DNA from: Macrostomum lignano
Lineage: Eukaryota
Direction of reading: 5' to 3'
NCBI GenBank assembly: GCA_002269645.1
Contig: NIVC01003145.1
Location: 1-64,000 of the forward strand
DNA: 64,000 bases
Positions 26,380 through 40,355 of the stretch are shown here, in pieces. Within the stretch, counting starts at the first letter, position 1. Every line of letters starts with the position of its first letter. The notes beneath the pieces are model-generated. The model was not told where the DNA came from. It was given only the letters and a program-made list of their open reading frames with translations, and did no database searches. The position numbers and the translations under genes were made by a program.

Positions 26380-29300
26380 CCCGTCGAACTTTTCACCCGG
26401 AATTTCGCCCGGAATTTTTTGCGTTCACCCGGAATTTTTTCCTATTCCAGTAATGCAATCTGATCCGGGTGGAAATTCCGGATCTGTAACGAAAGTTTAC
26501 AGAATCCGGGCGAAATTTCCGGATCAAAAAGAAAAATTCCGGAAAATAGACCCGGATCGCTAAAAAAAATCCGGTGACTGTTCCGGGTGCGATCCGGGCG
26601 AGTGGAACGGATCAGCACACAAATCCGGGCTAAATTCCGGGCGACGAAAACCGGATCAACACACAATTCCGGGCGACGAAAACCGGATCAACACACAATT
26701 CCGGGCGAGTGAACCGGATCAGCACACAATTCCGGGCGAGTGAACCGGATCAGCACACAATTCCGGGCGAGTGAACCGGATCAGCACACAATTCCGGGCG
26801 AGTGAACCGGAACAGCACACAAATCCGGGCTAATTCCGGGCGAGTGAACCGGATCAGCACACAAATCCGGGCGAATTCCGGGAGAGTGAACCGGATTAGC
26901 ACACGAATCCAGGTGAATTCTGGATGATTGAACCGGATTTGCAGCCAAATCTTAGGCTTATCACAGTAGCAGAAAATTAAATAAAGAACGGGTCATTGTT
27001 CCATACATTTTCCACGACTACGAATTGAATCGAATTCGATTTAGCCGTCCACGAACAGAAATACTGAATTCAGTTGTGCACAACTGCAAATCGTATATTT
27101 CTATGCACTTCTACGTACTTTCAGAAACAAAAAATGCTGACCTTCTGAATGTCACTCGGATGGGCAGCTGGACTTCGATGCTACCATTAACTTTTTTTGA
27201 AGCCGTATACGGTTTTATATACCTTATCGCGACATTGGCTACTCTTCAGGGATCCCCATCGCCTACCTCTGATTGCATCTGTCAGGTGGGTCACTCGCTA
27301 TACAGCTAATTAGCTAGTTAACTCAAGTCAGCTGACTTGTCTATTCACTTGCTTAAGAATTGTAAAGATCTCCGCAAAAATTAAGGAACGACTTTTGTCT
27401 CATTTTCCAGGACCTATCAGGGCTCATAAATGTAGACAGCCAATGTCTCGAAGAGCGTTTCTAATGAAATCGAATCCAGCAAATTTGGCCTTAACAAAAA
27501 GCTAGAAATTAATTGCAAATAAATGCGGTGGTGGTGTTATGCACTCGATCTTGGACATCGCCCGCATTTCACTCCTCGAGTAGCTCGCCGTCTGGAAATA
27601 TATGTTTCCAGAAGTCGGCCCCTCATTTTCGGCAGCACTGGCGATTCGTCGCGCCTTCACCTGGTCCGCCTTCTTTTGCCGCTCTGCGGCTGGCCGAGAT
27701 TGAAAGAGCACTGCCTGGCTTCTCGCCACGGTCGTGTCGGATTCCGACGAGCTCGTAGCGGAGATAGCTTCCAATCGAAGAACTTCAGCTTTCATCTGAC
27801 GATTTTCGGCTTGAGCCTCCGACAGCTTTTCACGAACTCCGCTCAATTGATGGCCTATTAAGTACATAAAAATGAGGAGAGTGGCGAAGCAGATTCAAAC
27901 TTAAGAATCAACAACACTTATATATATACGAGGCTGCTAACGTCTTCTAGTATATGCATAAAAAACTTACACAGTTCGTCCTCGGCTTCGCCTTGGGCCC
28001 GAATCTGATCCATCATTGTGGTGCATGACGGGCATCGTGACGGCTGCGGTTGCTGCGATGGCACACGCGCCAAAGCAGTCGCTTCAATCGCTTGGGCCTT
28101 TCTATCCAAAGGCCCCTTCCAGAGAGTGGCGGAATACCGGGATCCGGTACTCTTGTTAGCAGCCGTGACAACGTGATTTGCTCACGGCTGGTGCAACTGC
28201 AAACGCCTTAGACAAACCAATGGAGCATGTACCGACAAAAATCGGATTAGCGTCTATCTTAATAGGAAAGCTGCTTTGCATACTGGGCCAGTTAGAGCTA
28301 TTTGGAACCATGCCACAGTCTCCGTCTAGACACCCAGCTGTGCCAAACAATATGGTTGGCTGATTTTATGCTTCTAAGCGTCAAATATGACGATAGAATC
28401 ATTCAGCCCGTTGACACACTAAGCAGCTGTGATAGACTACATGCCAGTGGAAGTCAAACCTCTCGCACACAAACAGGGCGCAACAATTTTTCAATTGTCA
28501 CCTGTACGGAGGATGGGCACAGCCTCACATTACGGACGCTACAGAGCCGCCGAAAAGCAGATCAATTTACATTGCAATTTCGAGGCTTTATTACCCCTCG
28601 CTTTCCAAGAGGAATTAGCGCCGTTGACCAAATGGATGCCAGGGATTGCCTGATGGGATAGCCATTTGCTGGGGTCTGTATTCAGCGGTTTTCCATCGGA
28701 GGCTTCCTCTCAAAATCCCCATGGAACTTATATAATGGATGCCGGATTGATTCCGACTCAAGTCCCGAAATTTTCCCGGATCAGCTTCGCCCGGAACTTG
28801 GCTGAAATTCGGGTCAAGGGAGCTGATCCGGGTGAATTTTCCGGATTATTTGGTCCGGATCACTAGGGAATTCCGACTCAAGTCCCGAAATTTTCCCGGA
28901 TCAGCTTCGCCCGGAACTTGGCTGAAATTCGGGTCAAGGGAGCTGATCCGGGTGAATTTTCCGGATTATTTGGTCCGGATCGCTAGGGAATTCCGACTCA
29001 AGTCCCGAAATTTTCCCGGATCAGCTTCGCCCGGAACTTGGCTGAAATTCGGGTCAAGGGAGCTGATCCGGGTGAATTTTCCGGATTATTTGGTCCGGAT
29101 CGCTAGGGAATTCCGACTCAAGTCCCGAAATTTTCCCGGATCAGCTTCGCCCGGAACTTGGCTGAAATTCGGGTCAAGGGAGCTGATCCGGGTGAATTTT
29201 CCGGATCAGTTGGTCCGGATCACTAGGGAATTCCGACTCAATTCCCGAAATCTCACCCGGAACATTTTCACCCGGAACACTACTGAAATTCGGGTCTACA

Positions 29301-29524
29301 CCCAGAATTCCATAGTGTTCCGGGTGAAAAATTCCGGAAAAATCAGACCGGAACAGCTTTCCTTTTCCCGAAAATTTTCCGGATCATATTTCCGGATTTT
29401 TTTCCGGAACAAGGGGCTGTTCCGGGCCAAAAAAGCTGATCCGGGCCTTCACCCGGAAATCAATTAAAAATCGGGCCCGGATCACAAAATTCCGGAAAAA
29501 ATTCCGGGTGAAACGTTCGACGGG
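26380..29524. mobile_element. 3.1-kb EnSpm/CACTA-like element in septin intron 2
   Basis: TIR CCCGTCGAAC(T/G)TTTCACCCGGAATTT and a possible 2-bp TSD TT. Extensive CCGGA subterminal arrays (about 31-bp units at 26600-26940; 120-bp units at 28751-29250). Internal spliced ORF fragment. Superfamily call is tentative. Confidence 0.75.
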
Positions 29525-29539
29525 TTAATTACTACTCAC

Positions 29540-29762
29540 GAGTGGCCTGTGGGCGAGACAAAGTACAGGCACACGTGCACCCTCGTATCGTGATAGGCCT
29601 GCAAATCTCGCTTAGCTTTCATCTCCTCTCGCAGATAAGCATCATATTGTTTATTAATATAGTCTAATATGACTGCGGCTGAGTCCTCTTTGTTCAGCTG
29701 GTCACCAAATCCACTCGTCTCCGTGATGGTCAGCTTCAGCTTGACGTGGCCCTCTTGCAGAT
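29540..29762 (-). CDS. Septin exon 2 (G3 region ETSG)
   Basis: [28 protein letters not shown]...[18 protein letters not shown]; phase 1 in, phase 2 out. Confidence 0.94.
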
Positions 29763-29831
29763 CTAAGCAGTTTTTTATATAAAATATTTTGTTCATATGC
29801 ATCTTAGTGTTTTTTTCAGGATGACTAACAT

Positions 29832-31300
29832 ACTGACTGACTGACTGACTGACTGACTGACTGACTGACTGACTGACTGAATGACTGACTGACTGACTGA
29901 CTGACTGGCTGATTGGCTGGCTGACTGACTGGCTGGCTGACTGACTGACTGACTGACTGACTGGCTGACTGACTGACTGACTGACTGACTGACTGACTGA
30001 CTGACTGACTGAATGACTGACTGACTGACTGACTGACTGACTGACTGGCTGGCTGACTGACTGACTGACTGACTGACTGACTGACTGACTGACTGACTGA
30101 CTGGCTGACTGACTGACTGACTGACTGACTGACTGGCTGGCTGACTGGCTGACTGACTGGCTGACTGGCTGACTGACTGACTGACTTGGGTGAGTGACTG
30201 ACTGACTGACTGGCTGACTGACTGACTGGCTGGATGACTGACTGACTGACTGACTGGCTGACTGACTGACTGGCTGACTGACTGACTGACTGACTGACTG
30301 GCTGACTGACTGACTGACTGACTGACTTGGGTGAGTGACTGACTGACTGACTGACTGGCTGACTGACTGACTGACTGGCTGACTGACTGACTGACTGGCT
30401 GACTTGGGTGAGTGACTGACTGACTGACTGACTGGCTGACTGACTGACTGGCTGACTGACTGACTTGGGTGAGTGACTGACTGACTGACTGGCTGACTGA
30501 CTGGCTGACTGACTGACTGACTGACTGACTGACTGACTGGCTGGCTGACTGACTGACTAACATACTGACTGACTGGCTGACTGACTGACTGACTGACTGA
30601 CTGACTGGCTGACTGACTGACTGACTGACTGACTGGCTGACTGACTGACTGGCTGACTGACTGACTGACTGACTGACTTGGGTGAGTGACTGACTGACTG
30701 ACTGGCTGGCTGACTGACTGACTGACTGACTGACTGACTGACTGGCTGACTGACTGACTGACTGACTGACTGGCTGACTGACTGACTGGCTGACTGACTG
30801 ACTGACTGACTTGGGTGAGTGACTGACTGACTGACTGGCTGGCTGACTGACTGACTGACTGACTGACTGACTGACTGGCTGACTGACTGACTGACTGGCT
30901 GACTGACTGAATGACTGACTGACTGACTGACTTGGGTGAGTGACTGACTGACTGACTGACTGACTGACTGGCTGACTGACTGACTGACTGACTTGACTGA
31001 CTGACTGACTGACTGACTGACTGACTGACTGGCTGACTGACTGACTGGCTGACTGACTGGCTGGCTGACTGACTGACTGACTGGCTGACTGACTGGCTGA
31101 CTGACTGACTGGCTGACTGGCTGACTGACTGACTGACTGACTGGCTGACTGGCTGGCTGACTGGCTGACTGGCTGACTGACTGACTGACTGACTGACTGG
31201 CTGGCTGACTGACTGGCTGACTGGCTGACTGACTGACTGACTGACTGACTGACTGACTGACTGACTGACTGACTGACTGACTGACTGACTGACTGACTGA
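29832..31300. repeat. ~1.47-kb (ACTG)n microsatellite filling septin intron 1
   Basis: GACT/GGCT tetramers with recurring CTTGGGTGAGT interruptions. Confidence 0.97.
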
Positions 31301-31309
31301 GCCCCTTAC

Positions 31310-31562
31310 CAAACGTATTGGAGCGCAGCTTCACCAAAGGGTGATCATTAGATGAGGGTGTAAAGTTGAACTTTCTGTTAAACAGAGTCTCCATCAAGGT
31401 GCTCTTGCCAAGCCCAGTCTCTCCAACACACAAAATATTGAAGACAAAGCCAGCAATAAGTTGCTTTTGAACCTCTTGCTTTGGCAGCTGGTCAAAGCCA
31501 ACATAATCGCTTAGAGGTAGAGTTGGAACTTCCGAAGAAGCCAGAAAAATATTGAATGTCAT
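31310..31562 (-). CDS. Septin (SEPT6 group) exon 1, P-loop GETGLGKS
   Basis: YVGFDQLP...[22 protein letters not shown]; donor G|GTAAG. The six exons total 1290 bp = 429 aa. The start codon may lie in a further upstream exon. Confidence 0.9.
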
Positions 31563-32069
31563 TTTTTCTTTTTAACAAGTTTTTCATAGTGATTTTATAT
31601 TATAAAATCTAACTGACTGAGATTAGGTTACACATGTTCTGTATTAAAATGTCTCAAGTCAATAATAACACTAATAGCGATTTTGTATTTTAAATGAAAC
31701 AGCTTATTTATTATAAATAGATATAAATTTTGAGAAGCAATCTCCATTTAATCTTGAACTTGTTTCTGTTCATAAAAATTCCCGATAGAAAATTTCTGAC
31801 TGAATTCCAATCCCTAGAACTGTTTTTGCCTGCATTTTTAAATCTGAAATAATACTCAAACAAAAACTTGTTAGGAGAGAGGTAATAAAAAACTGGAGCA
31901 AATCTTAAATAAATTAAGATTTGAAACATGTTTTGATTTTAATCAGCTGGAATGCCACATGGAATGACTGGCAACATCTTTGTTAAAGCATGTGTTGGCA
32001 AACTCTGGCCTTTAGCCTCTGCCTCTATCTTCAGAAAAAAAATCTTCTCTATCACTAAGGTCCTTTGAA

Positions 32070-32645
32070 ACTTCTCTATTCTTTTCTCACTCTTCTTTTC
32101 AAGTTCTATCTCCTCTCTCCACTTTCCTTTCTTTTCTCACCTTATCTTCTCTCCCTTCATTCCTCCTTTCCTTCTTTTCTCTCTTCTCTTATCTTTCCTC
32201 TCTTCTCTTCACTGATTTCTCATCTTTCCTCTATTCTTTGTTCTCTCTACTCTGTCATCTCTCTCCCCTCTTCTCACTCCTCTCTTCTCTTCCCTCTCTC
32301 TCTTTTCTTCCTTCTTCTTTCTTCTCCCTCTTTTCTCCTATTTCCTCTCTCTATTCTCCCTTTTCTCTGAAATCTTCTCTCCTCTCCTCTCTCCCCCCTT
32401 CTCCAATTATCCTTTGTTTCTCTCTCCCCTCTTCTCTCCCCTCTCATCTCACTACCTTCTTTTCTCCCTCTCTTATCTCACTCCTCTCTCTCATCTCACC
32501 TCTTCTCTCCCTCTCTTATCTCACTCCCCTCTTCTCTCCCTTCTCTCATCTCACTCCCTTTTCTCTATTCTTATCTTCTTATCTTTTTTTCTCAACCCCT
32601 TTCTTGCCTCTCCTATCTTTTTTAATCATCTATTCCTTCCTTTTT
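32070..32645. repeat. CT-rich low-complexity polypyrimidine tract
   Basis: Direct inspection. Confidence 0.9.
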
Positions 32646-35600
32646 CCACTCTCATCTGGCTTGCAGCCATGAGCTGGTTTTTTTATCTGGCCTTTGAGGT
32701 AAAAGTCTGCCATCTCCTGCTTTGAAGGCCAGTTTGTGGGACATACTACTCTCATGAAAGAGTTTGCTTTGACTGCTTTGATCATATCATCATTCTGGCC
32801 AATTTGCAGCCCTAAAAGGAATTTGTGTAGCTCCAGCTCCACTGAAGCAATTAAAGAACCTATTACTCTTCTTTGGAGGCATTTAAATTTTACAATACCT
32901 TCAAGTAAAAATTAGTATTGAAATTTTCATGTTGTGACTAATTTAGTAGGATTGTGTTGCATTGCCATTTTAAATAATTTTTTGCTTTTACAAACAATGC
33001 CCCATTGGCATGATTTGCCATCTTTATCATTTACTATTAATGCAAAGTTGTCTATATAGAAGACAGTGATAGAATTTCTTACTAAATTATCATGGCTAAA
33101 CAGCATCGTCTCAGGTTGCAGAGAAGGCTATAAACAAAGTTATTCCAAAAGCATTTTATATTGCTATGTATACTTAGCCCTAACCTTTTGGTCTAGGGAA
33201 ATAAAAGGATAAGTAGCATAAATACTAGAAAAACCAAATAAACATTATATGTTAATATATAGTTTCCACCCTAATTGAATTACAAAGTTGAGATTTATAT
33301 TATATTCAGATAGAGAATCAGTTAATGAAGAATTGTGTGAAGTGTGAAAAACAATTGCTTCATATAAAGCAAACCTATAATAGCCAAAAGTTAGTCAATT
33401 TAAAACCCCTTTTATACACTAGCCAGATAGGGAAGATTGAGAGGTGGTTGGTGTATTAAAATAGCAAATTAACATTAAAAAGTGTACAGTGCCATTCTTT
33501 ATTAACTTTAGGATTCAAAATTTTACATGATTTTAGCTAAATAGTTAAAGATTGTTTATAACAATTTTGAAGACAATAGGTAAAAGTAGAGCAATGCTTT
33601 AAAGGATATAGTAAAAATGGTACTTTAAGTATTTGATACTTGGTACTTGCACTTTTAGATAAAAAGATGTAGATTTAGGGCCTAGAAAATTTTAAGGTAG
33701 CCTAAAACATTTTTAGTAAGTTTAGGGTTGGTACAAAGTTTGGTGCCATTTGAGTGGTTTGGGCCATAGAGGCCCTTTTTGGTGAAAATTCCTATGGAGA
33801 TAGGCCTTTGAAACTATGTGTAGCGCAAGGCCATTTCTATCAATATGTAGCCCCATGCTGAGTGTGCATAGCAAATTGCATGCAGCTACATGGCATTGGC
33901 TTGCTACATGCAGCCATTCAGGACAGTCAATAGCTGCAGCAAGAACGAAGTAATAAGAAATTAGGCATATCCAGACTATATATATAATTTCATAATAGGC
34001 TACTACCTAAGGGGGGCTATATACTATAATTAGGCTTAAGTTAGCAATTTTTGCAAGGAAAACTACCTAATTAATTGCTTATTAATTAAATAAAAAATTT
34101 ATGATTGGTTGTCTGCTACTAGGTGTAGGGCAGCATAGCTATCATATCAATGTAGCCAATGAATAGTTTTACTTTCTTGTCAAAGGAGCTAGTCAATGAA
34201 TAAAACAAAAAATGATTAGAATAAGGCAGGCCTGTTATACAATTATTCAATATTAAATCTGTTGACTTTGACATAATATTCTGTCTAGGACTTAGCACTA
34301 GGCTATTATGTAATTTATGATTACACAGAATAGACCTTGTAGTTGTCCTTGTGCTGGATGGCAAACATTTGCATAACAAAATCAAAGAAAAAAGGCCTAA
34401 ATTAGCTTGACTCATTGACTGCTATAAATTTATAAAACAGAAATATAAATGTTACACTAATTGAGATTGACCAAGATTGGCCAAATATATTTTACTGCTT
34501 TGGTTTACTTTAAACGTATTTTAACATGCTTTATGGTTGAAATAGGTATTTTAAAGCTTTTCTGCAATATTTCATAAGAATAAGAATTAAAGCTAGGACA
34601 GGTCACTGGTGTAAGCTCTTTTGTCGTCAGTCCAATTAAATTCGCTGTATCTGCACTGCGCAGTAGAATAACGAAAATTCTTTCTAAGTAAGCATTTTTT
34701 AAATTTGTGCGTCGTCTGACCGTTCTGATCAGATTTAGAGAAATGCGTAAATCCAAAGGAATATAACATTATGAATTTTTTGATTTACACTGTAGGAGGG
34801 TCGTTCTCAAAGCTAGGTCACAACTTTTTGTTATTGCAAAAAAAGTTTATACATCGACCAATAATCGTACAAAAAAAATTCTTTTGACAATTTCTGTAAG
34901 AAGCTGCTACTAAAACCACAAGAAAACTTGAAATTGAGAAGAAATCAAGGCTATTTGTTATTCTTTGTTGCGGAAAATAAACGACAAAAATATTAAAGAG
35001 AAAATAAAATTTTCTTTCATTTTTATTTTTAATATGCAGTTAAATTTCTTTTGCAAAAATAAAAGAACAAGAAATTGACAAAGGAAATGTTTTTGAGCAC
35101 AGCATTTTGTTACTCTGCTCTAAATCCCAGACATTTAAAATTATCGTGTGCGAAAAAGTGCGAAATTATTATAGCATGCAGTCGAAAGAACTTCGATCAG
35201 TTTAACTAATCACTGAATTGAGAAGTCTAAATAAGTCTTGAAAGGTTGAATTAAAAATCAAGTTTTCACTATGTATCTTTTCAAAGGCAAGATGATTCGA
35301 CAAATAAAGAATGTTCATTTTTACCTTGAATAGAATTGTTCATTTTTACATTAAATATAATAAAATCTAACTAATAATAGAAAAAGTCAGGGAACTATCC
35401 TTGAACACCAAAAAGCACATTGTGGATTTAATATCGACTGCATGTTCCTTAATAAAGGAATTCAGATACTAGTATATATTTGATTATTTGTAGCATAATT
35501 TTTGAAAACTATAACTTGCTTGATTTTACTTTAAGTACTCATTACATTAATACTTATACCAAAGCTACATGTACTTAAAATAAAAAATCATAGTTACTTA

Positions 35601-38600
35601 TTAGACATTTTACTCCAATTAACTTAAAATAATTTAAATTTATTTTAATTAATTCATTTTTTGAAACTTTTTGGAAAATAGACAAAATTGAATTATTTAA
35701 TTACCAAAAACCTACTAGCTTAACTAAAATAGCAATTAGTCTTTAAGAAAAGATTTCACTTGTTAATTGAGAAAAATGAGGATGTGCGAGGTGTAAAAAT
35801 GCGAAAGAGCATGCAGGAAACAGAGACAAACAAAAATGTAGGTAAAAGACACTGCACATGCACATAATATGATAACCAGACATAATGCGCACACTGAAAC
35901 ACCAGTAGCAATGACGCCCAAGCTTTTGATGATCACAAGCGAAAAGGCAAAACCCAGCCATCAATCAAAGAAGTAGACTATAGCACGCATCTTGAGTGCA
36001 TCACGCATTTTTTGCAGAGAAGCTCGAAAATTAACATTGTATTCTGTGCACAACCACCAACTGCGACAGGGTCTGCCGGGGGATTTGTGGGCACGCGGTC
36101 GCGGATACAAATCGGAGGAGTCGCTGACCATTCTGAAATTACTAGCTAGTACATGTAATTTTGTGTATTAATATATTTAGCCCGCTTTATTTCTATGCTC
36201 TCGTCTGCCTCTCGTTAATGCATCCCCAGACTCATGCAATAATCAAACTTATGATCGAACTATGCATGGCTTCCGTCCCTCGCTTTGAATCTCTCACCTC
36301 CCCATAGTTCCATCAACCTTACCGTAGTGGCTTCCTATGCAAAAATCATCCCTCCGCATCTTACACAGGCTACTTCAGGCTGTAGACTGTACTACACTTT
36401 TAATTAGTTGCGCTAAGGAATCTACATGTATTTGCTCGCAGCGCAGCGCGCTGCTCAAAGAAGTTTAGATCTGTCTAGATATTCTAGTAATTTCAGGTTT
36501 GTCCATAGACTAGAGCTCATGAGATGAGAATTCCATTAACTAGTACGTTTAATGTGAATGAACTGCGTGTGTGTGTGCTGTGCATACATATGTATAATAT
36601 ACGAGTAGTTTATGGGCCAAATTATTGTGTGGCACAATTCTTGGCATCACTCAGCAGGCACAAGATGCAGTTAAGCAGCGCACGAAAATTCTACAAAAGA
36701 AATTGAGCCTGGTTGAGGTGATGCGAGGAGGCAGATCCACACAATCTCAGTGAATACACCAGACTGCACCAGATACGAGTCCAGTCGAATGTGCGCACTG
36801 GTCTAAGCAGCACACGCATGTCCTCCTGACAATGACGGCACCTAGCTTCGTCCAAGCCTTTGCCAGCGTCACTGACAGCGTCAATACTACCATGCAGTGC
36901 CACCTGCAGCACCGACAACGGCAATTCCTCCAGTTAGCCCACAACAGTGGCTAAACTGAGGGACAGGGAACCTACCCACAGAAGACACACACATACACAC
37001 ACAGCACCGGCAGCAGCACTCTGACAGCATAACCTAAAGCTCCATGAGCTCAGTTTTCAAGCATTGAAGAAGCAGAAGCAGTCATCTTGAATCCAGGGAT
37101 CAGGAAGAGTGTTGCATGTCCGACATGTGCTGTTTCCGTGGCAAAAGGTGATGGAGCAAATTAATCAACACTTACTATCTAGCTCGTATTAAGACTAAAA
37201 AACTGAGGCAAGCTGGGATTAAACCAAAGAAAATTTTTTACTATACTTTTTTACCATATACTTTTACTATACTTCTATAGTATAGTAGAGAGGTACTCTA
37301 TTTAAATGCAGTAAGAAGTGAAACAAATTTATATATTTAATTATTAAATTAAATTAATTCAAGGTAAATAACTAATTTAACCAATTTATTAGGAGTATTT
37401 AATATTATAATAAATTGATTTTTATACCTTACACGAAATAAGCTCTACATTCATTTCTTAGCTTGGGGCCCATCTGTATAAGGTCAGTTTCTTCAAAATG
37501 CTGATTAATTAATTAAGGCCTGTTGTCTTTACTTAAATTTATAAGGGCATCTTAGAAGTTAATATTACTATATAATACATGTATAATATTATTACTATAT
37601 TATAATAATATAGTTGCAATTTTAATGACTATTGAATAAGTCTAAATGCTTCCCCTATTGACTCTAAATACATGGTATCTTTCCCTTCAGAAAAAATTAG
37701 CATAGAATGACTTGATGAAAACAAAAAAAAATCATTTCGAGATACACATTTGCTGATCATTCAGGTCAAATTTCAAGGTCCAGTTTTGCACATGTTTCTC
37801 TGTAGCTTGGTTACAAGGATTCTAATAAAAATATAATAAATATGTCCAATGAACTAACTGATACATAGCCAAATTGAAGTATTTTCAAAAACAAAAAAAT
37901 CATTTGCTCAGTTTACTTTACTGGATATCTGTGTAAAATTTCAGCTCAAAAGGTGCTCCATGGAGAATGCTAGTGTGGTTACAGGATATGTATTTTGTGC
38001 TTCAAAGTAGGAGTTTATTGCGATGCATGGTTGCTTTTAATTATTTTTATCAACAATAGTGCTCTATTTCATAACAATTTTTTTACAAAAAGATAATAAG
38101 ACATGTTTTTCTAATTATCTGCATCAAAATGTATCATTTTAAGCGCACATTCTAGACGTCAGCTGAAAAATACATTTTGTGAGACGCAAAGAGGCTATCC
38201 CACCGGAAATGCTAGGCGTACAGTTAAGCGTCTATAAAATCATTTATAGTGCAGTTTATTAAGCTTTAAAAAAATCTTAAATTAAATTTATATAAGCTTT
38301 CATTTTAAATGTAATATAGCAAGTTTTCAACTCAACAACAACTTTTTTTAGCTACAGACATCATAGTGTCAAAAATTAGGACATCGGTGAAGTGATTGAA
38401 TTTGAATTTTTTCATCACCTAATATCGCCTAATACCGCAAGACAACTTAAAACACTTTTGCAACATAAATTTCAACCCAAAAATTATCTTTATTCACAGA
38501 TGAAAGTGTCCTATTATTTTCAATACGGCAGTAACAATAGTAAATGTTCCAAAAATTGTTAAAATTTTCGCTCCTCCCAGAATTTGAGAACGACCCAGGA

Positions 38601-39491
38601 AATAAAATTAGGCCAATTAAGCTGTACTTCATAGCTGGATACTGAATGATTTTTTACGTGGAACATTTTATATCCTTATTTAATTTATCTTTAACTGCTA
38701 TATGTCAATAAATTAGTAGCATTATTCTTTATTTCAAAATAGCTAATTCGAAATATTGTTTACTGATGGCTGTAGACTTAGCTACACATTTTTGTACTAA
38801 CATTTGTAATACTGACATTTGTAATACTAATACTGAATACATTTGTAAGATTTATTTATTGCATATGTTATGTACATGGTACTACATATTTGGGCGCCAT
38901 TTTTAATGCCCAAAGATCATGGAAGCTTCTCGATGTCACTTGCGTTGCCAAATAGATCAGGCGCCAAATAAAGAGCTTATTTGCGGGTTAGGCGCTAAAA
39001 TCGTATAATACTAATAGTAGCTGGGTCTGGGTGCAGCGAATTCTGTGTTTATGTAGTCTAAGTCCTAAAATGCTTGCTTATGTAAGCTTACTCCAATAAT
39101 GCACGTAGTATGCTAACGCGATTGCAGTTTATGAATATGAATATATTATGTAAAGTACTTATCACTGATTGGAAGATAAAATTAAGCCTGTCTTTTAGAA
39201 CGCAAATCTGCAACCAATTTCGCCCAATTCCCAGGAGAAAGTAAATTGCATGCATGTTATTATCAACTTTACATACATATAGGCGGCCTAATCCCCATGC
39301 GAATCATGTCAGGCATAAATAAGAAGACTCGATTGCCAGAATTCTCTCAGTTTGAAAGAACAGAAATTTTCTCATTTTGGGATTTTTTGCCTGCAGGGGG
39401 TTACGAGTATAAAAAAGCAAGGAAATATCCCAGTAGCTATAAAAAGAGACGGGATTTCCACATTTCCTGTCTTTAACAAGGACAGAAAAGT

Positions 39492-39758
39492 ATGCTACGA
39501 GACGCGGTAACCCTTGGGAATAAAACAGCAGCCACTGCTGTTTGCAGCTCATCGGTAGTCGAGCTGAGCTATGGCTCGTCAGATTCAATGTCTTCCGGGT
39601 CGGCAGCGCTGAACGGTGTAACAAGAAGAGGTTGGTTGTACGCGGCGAACTCGGCAGCACTGCAGGCTGAGGATTCGGATAGCGATCAAGATGATGAGGA
39701 CTCGCAAAATGATGCCGGATCTTTGGATTGGGTTCAAAATACATGTACGTTGCATGCG
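39492..39758 (+). CDS. CD225/dispanin-like membrane protein exon 1 (acidic N-terminal region)
   Basis: ATG 11 nt after acceptor AACAAG|G. Ser/Asp-rich EDSDSDQDDEDS. Donor GCG|GTGAGT, phase 0. Confidence 0.62.
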
Positions 39759-40355
39759 GTGAGTAGAGCTTCCATTATGTAAAATTTTTTGCTTAAATAT
39801 TGAAATACTTCACATCCATGCAGTGAGAATTCTCCTCTCTAACAGAGGTACAGAATTAAATGGCCGGTCTTTCAACTGAAGATGCATGGAGCTAGGAGCT
39901 ACGAAAATTCATTAGTGTGGTTCTTCTCAAGGTCACAGAGGAGCTACATAGAGCCTACGCTCGTATCTCAAGTCTAGTGGTGGGATAGTGAAGGTCACGA
40001 AGGAGCTACACGTTGGAAAATTCAGTCTTGTGATTCTTCTCAAGGTCACGAACTGGTGCTACTACATGTAGAAAAATCCTAAAGGTCACAGTCTTCCTCA
40101 AGGTCACAGTTGTTATAAATTCAGGCTACAGTGTGCTGATCGCCCAAAGGGATGTCTAATAAAGCACAGATCAATGTCCCATCCATGAACTCTGAAGGTT
40201 TCTAAAAATTCTGTGTTGGGCCCAGATGCTTTACTACTTCGGGCTAAGCTCCATTCCATCGCTTTAGCTTTGAGTTGACATCCCCAAATTTAAATTAACG
40301 ATCGTTTCCCTGCAACAAACTCTTCAACATCTAATTTCACACTTGCCCACCGCAG

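Noticed and set aside
29793-31562. 589-aa ORF as a single protein
   Set aside because: It is septin exon 1 reading through a strong GTAAG donor into a (CAGT)n intron.
32630-32842. Small ORF/exon-like island upstream of the septin
   Set aside because: No recognisable protein motif in any frame; it could be UTR but cannot be supported.
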